From: Dehalococcoidia bacterium
GTDB lineage: Bacteria; Chloroflexota; Dehalococcoidia; CAUJGQ01
Assembly (NCBI GenBank): GCA_050184225.1
Contig: JBFXAN010000012.1
Location: 1 to 64,000 of the forward strand
DNA length: 64,000 bases
Reading direction: 5' to 3'
Shown here piece by piece: positions 59,355 through 64,000 of the stretch (position 1 is the first letter of the stretch; each line of letters begins with the position of its first letter). The translations under genes were made by a program, and so were the position numbers. Under the pieces are notes generated by a model. The model was not told the origin of the DNA, did not search any database, and saw nothing but the letters and a program-made list of their open reading frames with translations.

Positions 59355-60980
59355 GTGGACCGGTTACAGCAGTTGCTCGGTGAAGGTCAGGCGGTCTGGC
59401 TGGACTACACGAAGCGGTCATTTACGGCGTCGGGCGAGCTGGCCCGGCTGGTGCAGCGGGGCGTACGCGGCGTCACCAGCAATCCCACGATCTTTGAGAA
59501 GGCGATCATCGGGAGCACAGAGTATGACGATGTCGTGCAACGGCTGTCGCTGGCGGGTTTGGACGCGGTCGCGATCTACGAGGCGCTGACGGTCGAGGAC
59601 ATCGCCGCGGCGGCCGATGTGCTGCGCCCCGTGTACGATGCCACACACGGCGCGGACGGCTTCGTCAGCCTGGAGGTCAGCCCGACGCTGGCGCACGACA
59701 CGGCGGGCACGGTGGCGGCGGCCACACGACTATTCGCGGCGCTGGACCGGCCCAACGTGATGATCAAGATCCCCGGCACGGCGGCGGGCGTCCCTGCGAT
59801 CGAGGAGTCGATCGCGGCCGGCATCAATATTAACGTGACGCTGCTCTTCTCCCTGGCGAACTACGAAGCGATCGCGTTGGCCTACATCAAGGGGCTGGAG
59901 CGCCGCGTCGCTGCGGGCGAGGACATCGCCCACCTTCATTCGGTGGCGTCGTTCTTCGTCAGCCGCGTCGATACCGCGGTGGACAAGGCGTTGGCATCTG
60001 TCAATGGCGCCGCCGCGCTTCTCGGTACGGTAGCGGTCGCCAACGCGAAGGTCGCGTACGCCCGCTATCAACAACTCTTCAGCGGGCCACGCTGGACCGC
60101 GCTGGCAGCGAAGGGCGCGCGCGTGCAGCGTCCGCTGTGGGCCAGCACCAGCACCAAAAACAAGGCGTATTCGGACGTGATGTACGTGGACCAACTGATT
60201 GGCCCAGACACGATCAACACGATGCCCGTCGCGACGCTCGAAGCATTCATCGATCACGGCACGATCGCGCCGACGCTAACGCGCGATCTGGATGGTGCTC
60301 GCGCCGTGCTCGCGTCGCTCGCGGCGATGGGTGTCGACCTGAACGCGGTCACGGCGGGGTTGCTTGAGGAGGGGGTCGAGTCGTTCACGCAATCGTTCGT
60401 GACGCTGCTGGCGGGGATCGAGGCCAAGCGCGCGCAGTACGTCACGACGATGCCGCGTGATCCTGTGACACAAAAGGCGGTCGCCGGCATGGCGTCGGAG
60501 GAGGTTCCTCTCACGATGGACGGGATCGCCGGCAGTAACAACCCGGAGTACATCATTCCTGTGAAGGTCTATCGCGGCGACGACCGCATCACGATCGCGG
60601 CGCCGATGCCGGGCATGGAGGTCAGCGGCATTGTCGTCACCGTGATGGCGGAGCATCATGTCGTCCTAGACGGCAAACGGGGCGGACTCTACCCGGGCGA
60701 GACCGAATCCCTCATGGATGAGTGGAATCCCGGTCCCTATCATCGCGATCTGGAGGTGCCGGATTCCGTCGACGGTGAACGCGCGAATGTCACCTATAGC
60801 AACGGCGTCCTGGTCGTGAGCCTGCCGATCGTCGAGACCACCCGCGAGGCCCGCCTCACCCTGACCGCGCTCAGCGCGACTCACGGGGAACGGTTCGGCG
60901 AGAGCGGCCACCCAGACGACCAACCTGCCGCCGAGGTGAGCGACCCTTCGGCCCGGACTCATCACCACCCGGTGGGATAG
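59355..60980 (+). CDS. tal: Transaldolase with an in-frame C-terminal Hsp20/alpha-crystallin domain
   Basis: WLD, TSNPTIF, SLEVSP, MIKIP, NVTLLFS, SFFVSRVD and LWAST motifs, then PVKVY....I.APMPG...ANVTYSNGVLVVSLP. AAGGAGG RBS before GTG 59355. Confidence 0.88.
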   Translation: MDRLQQLLGEGQAVWLDYTKRSFTASGELARLVQRGVRGVTSNPTIFEKAIIGSTEYDDVVQRLSLAGLDAVAIYEALTVEDIAAAADVLRPVYDATHGADGFVSLEVSPTLAHDTAGTVAAATRLFAALDRPNVMIKIPGTAAGVPAIEESIAAGININVTLLFSLANYEAIALAYIKGLERRVAAGEDIAHLHSVASFFVSRVDTAVDKALASVNGAAALLGTVAVANAKVAYARYQQLFSGPRWTALAAKGARVQRPLWASTSTKNKAYSDVMYVDQLIGPDTINTMPVATLEAFIDHGTIAPTLTRDLDGARAVLASLAAMGVDLNAVTAGLLEEGVESFTQSFVTLLAGIEAKRAQYVTTMPRDPVTQKAVAGMASEEVPLTMDGIAGSNNPEYIIPVKVYRGDDRITIAAPMPGMEVSGIVVTVMAEHHVVLDGKRGGLYPGETESLMDEWNPGPYHRDLEVPDSVDGERANVTYSNGVLVVSLPIVETTREARLTLTALSATHGERFGESGHPDDQPAAEVSDPSARTHHHPVG

Positions 60981-60994
60981 GAGCGGACGACGCG

Positions 60995-61402
60995 ATGCCG
61001 GTCTTCGTGAAACGCACCTATGAACCGGCCGCTGATGGAGACGGTGAACGGTTTCTCGTGGACCGGCTGTGGCCGCGCGGGGTGAGCAAGGCGAGGGCGG
61101 CGCTGACCGACTGGCTCAAAGACCTCGCCCCGAGCACCGAACTGCGCCAATGGTTCGGGCACGAGCCAACGCGCTGGGCCGAGTTCCAGCAGCGGTACAT
61201 CGCGGAACTGGACCGGCCCGAGACGAAGGCGCTCGTGCAGATGCTTGCGGACAAGGCGCGGACCGGGCCGGTGACGCTGGTCTATGCGGCGCGGGACACG
61301 GAACACAATGAGGCGGTGGTCCTCCAGCGTCTGATCGAGCAGCGGCACCATCCCACCGAACGCGCGGATAGCGAGCGGCAGGACACCGCGTCCCACGGCT
61401 AG
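60995..61402 (+). CDS. DUF488 (YeaO-like) protein
   Basis: KRTYEP...DGERFLVDRLWPRGVSK, APSTELRQWF and HNEAVVL motifs. Confidence 0.92.
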   Translation: MPVFVKRTYEPAADGDGERFLVDRLWPRGVSKARAALTDWLKDLAPSTELRQWFGHEPTRWAEFQQRYIAELDRPETKALVQMLADKARTGPVTLVYAARDTEHNEAVVLQRLIEQRHHPTERADSERQDTASHG

Positions 61403-61749
61403 CGCCGGCCGATTGAGGAGACGTGCCGGCTATGATCGATGATGCCACGCTCGTGGCTCGGCCCTTCGCTCAGTCCACCCGCGTCTATCGCATCGTCGTC
61501 CGGTGGAAAGGGCGTGCCGGAGTACGGCCCACTGCTGTCGCCTGTCAGTCGTTGGGCAAGCATCGCGGCTGCGGCCGCCGTGTCAATCGGCTTGTGGTGC
61601 TTCGGCGTTGCGAGGACCGAATACCCGCGACCAAAGCGGCGCCGTTGCCGCGAGCGCCGCGTGACACGGAACGTCGCACCGAGAACGGTCCCTCCGATGA
61701 CGGCGAGGGCAAGCACCAACAGTGCGTATTCATTAACAAAGGTTGACAT
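61399..61749 (-). CDS. Hypothetical membrane-anchored protein
   Basis: GGGAGG RBS; N-terminal TM helix followed by an Arg-rich stretch. Confidence 0.55.
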   Translation of the reverse strand: MSTFVNEYALLVLALAVIGGTVLGATFRVTRRSRQRRRFGRGYSVLATPKHHKPIDTAAAAAMLAQRLTGDSSGPYSGTPFPPDDDAIDAGGLSEGPSHERGIIDHSRHVSSIGRR

Positions 61750-61822
61750 GGTCCTCCCTCTTCAGCCCGCTCCAGTGTGAAATCTCACGGCACGCCGAAC
61801 CCAGTTGGCCCGCGAGACGATG

Positions 61823-62206
61823 TCAGGCGGTGCCGGAATACGCCGGTGGGTCACTCGCCGGGAAGGACAGAGCGCTGGCCCGGTCGACAGCGTCGAGGTA
61901 CGTGAGATCGACCTCCCGAGGCTCCGCCACGTCCTCGTTTCCTGCCGGCCGTTCCCAGGTGGAGGGCCGGCGCTCCGGAACATCTTCGACGCCCTGCGAA
62001 GGCAGCAGCCTCCCCGCGGGGTGGCCGATCCGCTGGACGGGTGCGTCATCCGAAAACTGCTGCCAGCTCATCGGTGACCGGCGAGCGACCGCCGGTTGGA
62101 GCTGCCGGCGACGCTCGAACATGGCATGCCGCAGCGCCGCGACGACGATTCCAACGCTGGCCAGTGCCAGCTGCATCGATAGGCTCTCGAAGAACACGTT
62201 CGACAT
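61823..62206 (-). CDS. Hypothetical membrane-anchored protein with C-terminal SFPASDPP motif
   Basis: AAGGAGG RBS; VDRASALSFPASDPPAY. Confidence 0.7.
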   Translation of the reverse strand: MSNVFFESLSMQLALASVGIVVAALRHAMFERRRQLQPAVARRSPMSWQQFSDDAPVQRIGHPAGRLLPSQGVEDVPERRPSTWERPAGNEDVAEPREVDLTYLDAVDRASALSFPASDPPAYSGTA

Positions 62207-62326
62207 AGTCGGACCTCCTTGGCTGTTGCGGCCGCGCTACGGTTTTAGCGGAGTCATCGGCGCGGAAGCGCGGCATACTCGCACGTAGCGAACTCTGCGC
62301 CGCATCGCTGATCAATTGATTCGTCA

Positions 62327-62800
62327 CTACTCCACACTCAGAACCGTCAATGCCCGGAGACCGGCCGGAACCGTGACCTGCACCTGATCGCCCGGCCGAC
62401 GGCCGAGCAGTGCAACACCCACCGGGGACGCCGTCGATACATGACCCCGGACTGCGCCTGCCTCCAGCGGACTTACGAGGACGAAGGTATGCATCCGTCC
62501 GCTGCCGTCGCGGGCGAGAACCCGGCTCCCGATCGTGATCGCCCCGGGCGTGTACGGCGCATCCTCCGCAGGCTCCGTGGCCAGCAGCTGCTCCACCTCT
62601 CGGATGCGTTGCTGTACCCGCGCCAGGTCCTCCAGCGCCAGCCGCAGGTCCTGATCCTCCGGATTGCCACCATCGCGCAGATCTCGCAGTCGCTCGCGAG
62701 TCTCCGGTTCGTGCTTCCGGAGCAGACGATCTAATTCCTCTTGCAAACGAGCGCGCCCGGTTGAGGTCAGAAGCACGGATCGCTGTAGTTCAGCCGTCAT
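62327..62800 (-). CDS. GreA/GreB-family elongation factor paralog
   Basis: LT..G..RLQEEL..L, ITIGSRV and S.ASPVG.ALLG...GD.V.V..PAG motifs. Confidence 0.85.
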   Translation of the reverse strand: MTAELQRSVLLTSTGRARLQEELDRLLRKHEPETRERLRDLRDGGNPEDQDLRLALEDLARVQQRIREVEQLLATEPAEDAPYTPGAITIGSRVLARDGSGRMHTFVLVSPLEAGAVRGHVSTASPVGVALLGRRPGDQVQVTVPAGLRALTVLSVE

Positions 62801-63279
62801 GACTCACCTCCTAATTCCCACAGGGGGACCGTCGAGGCATTGACAGACGGTTTGCTGGACCCGTTCGACGTCCCGACACTCAGGCCGGTGGCCACCGGCC
62901 GGCCGTCGCGATGGGCGAGGCCCCGGAGCACGTCGCCACGCGAGATGATGCCTGCGAGCCGACCGTCTTCCACCACGGGCAGGAGGCGCACCCGCCACTC
63001 CTCCATCAACGCCGCCGCCTCGTAGAGCTCGGCGTCCGGCGAAACCAAGGGCGGCCGGTGTCGCATTACCTCGCCAACGGTGAGCGTGTCCAGGTTGCCA
63101 CCCTTGCGATAAGTGCGGATGAAGTCCAGATCGGTGACCATACCCAGCACAGCGTCATTGGCATCGACGACGGGAAGACCGGTGATACCCACCCGGGTCA
63201 CCAGTTCCGCTGCTGTCCAGGCGCGGTCATCCGGGACCACCGTGATTATGTTGGTCGTCATGGCATGACGTACTCGCAT
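62797..63279 (-). CDS. CBS domain pair protein
   Basis: ITGLPVVD...LGMVTDLD and LPVVE.G.LAGIISRGD motifs; GAGGAGG RBS. Confidence 0.9.
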   Translation of the reverse strand: MRVRHAMTTNIITVVPDDRAWTAAELVTRVGITGLPVVDANDAVLGMVTDLDFIRTYRKGGNLDTLTVGEVMRHRPPLVSPDAELYEAAALMEEWRVRLLPVVEDGRLAGIISRGDVLRGLAHRDGRPVATGLSVGTSNGSSKPSVNASTVPLWELGGES

Positions 63280-63364
63280 GGGTTCCTCCTCGGAAAGATG
63301 GGGCATCGTTTCCAATCCCCACCGTCCTTGTGGTGCTGTGGATGTGCGGTCCTTGGCGGCGGCG

Positions 63365-63766
63365 CTATCTCACCGGGATGGCAGCCTGCCGGCCGGAATC
63401 GACGAGCGTCACCAGAATGTCGCGGCGCGACACGATTCCCACCAGCCGGCTACCGGCGCAGACCGGCAGCCGGCGCACCTGCCACTCCTCCATCAGATCG
63501 ATCGCAGTGGTTAGATCCATCTCCGGCCCGACGAATAACGGCCGCCCGTCCATCACCGCCGCCACCGTCACCTGGCTAAGGTCCACGCCGGTTCGTGCCG
63601 CTCGAAGCAGGTCGATTTCGGTCACGACACCAAGGACGTGCCCGTCTTCGTCGATTACCGGCAATCCGGTGATGTCGCGCTCGATCAGGTCACGAGCCGC
63701 CGCTGCGGCGGACTCATCGGGCGTTATCGCGACCACATACGTAGACATCGCCTGATACACGAACAT
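63365..63766 (-). CDS. CBS domain pair protein (paralog of the neighbouring gene)
   Basis: ITGLPVID...LGVVTEID and MEEWQVRRLPV...GIVSRRD motifs; GGGAGGA RBS. Confidence 0.9.
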   Translation of the reverse strand: MFVYQAMSTYVVAITPDESAAAAARDLIERDITGLPVIDEDGHVLGVVTEIDLLRAARTGVDLSQVTVAAVMDGRPLFVGPEMDLTTAIDLMEEWQVRRLPVCAGSRLVGIVSRRDILVTLVDSGRQAAIPVR

Positions 63767-64000
63767 GGCATCCTCCCGGCTCGGTCGCGGCGACGGGACG
63801 CCGCACCGTACAACAGTTGCTGATCTCCAGTCTGACCGGCCGGCGGGAACGTCCAGGGGTACGACCATGAACGTTCCATGAAATCCGGATGTTCTTCGTA
63901 CCGCGCCCACGCGCCCAGCCCGTTGTGGACCATCAGCAACGAACCGGCATCGTCGGCTATGTCTCGTGGACACGAACCAGACAGGACTTCGACGAATGAA

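Overview
High-GC bacterial chromosomal window, probably from a Chloroflexota genome (inferred from the gene repertoire and REP-like repeats, not proven). From left to right it holds: the end of an IS5-family element; a 1888-aa secreted M23-peptidase mosaic protein; a tandem XRE/MmyB regulator; a purB-like gene; three metallo-beta-lactamase-fold genes; an NHLP/Os1348-like small protein followed by two GT-C-like membrane proteins; a SRAP gene; a PimA-like GT4; a two-gene activase/dehydratase operon with PlsA/PlsR-Ger (ether lipid/plasmalogen) architecture and an unusual Cys/Gly repeat tail; a catabolic CoA-transferase/ABC cluster; an accessory region with two STAND-LuxR regulators whose HTH DNA is almost identical; three PIN toxin-antitoxin pairs (one frameshifted); parA/parB split by an inserted gene; a Cys-motif TrmB regulator with two palindromic operators facing a candidate copper/redox operon; a transaldolase-Hsp20 fusion; and a CBS/Gre stress-type operon. 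I saw no rRNA, tRNA or CRISPR array. All family calls come from motif recognition by eye; no database searches were run.
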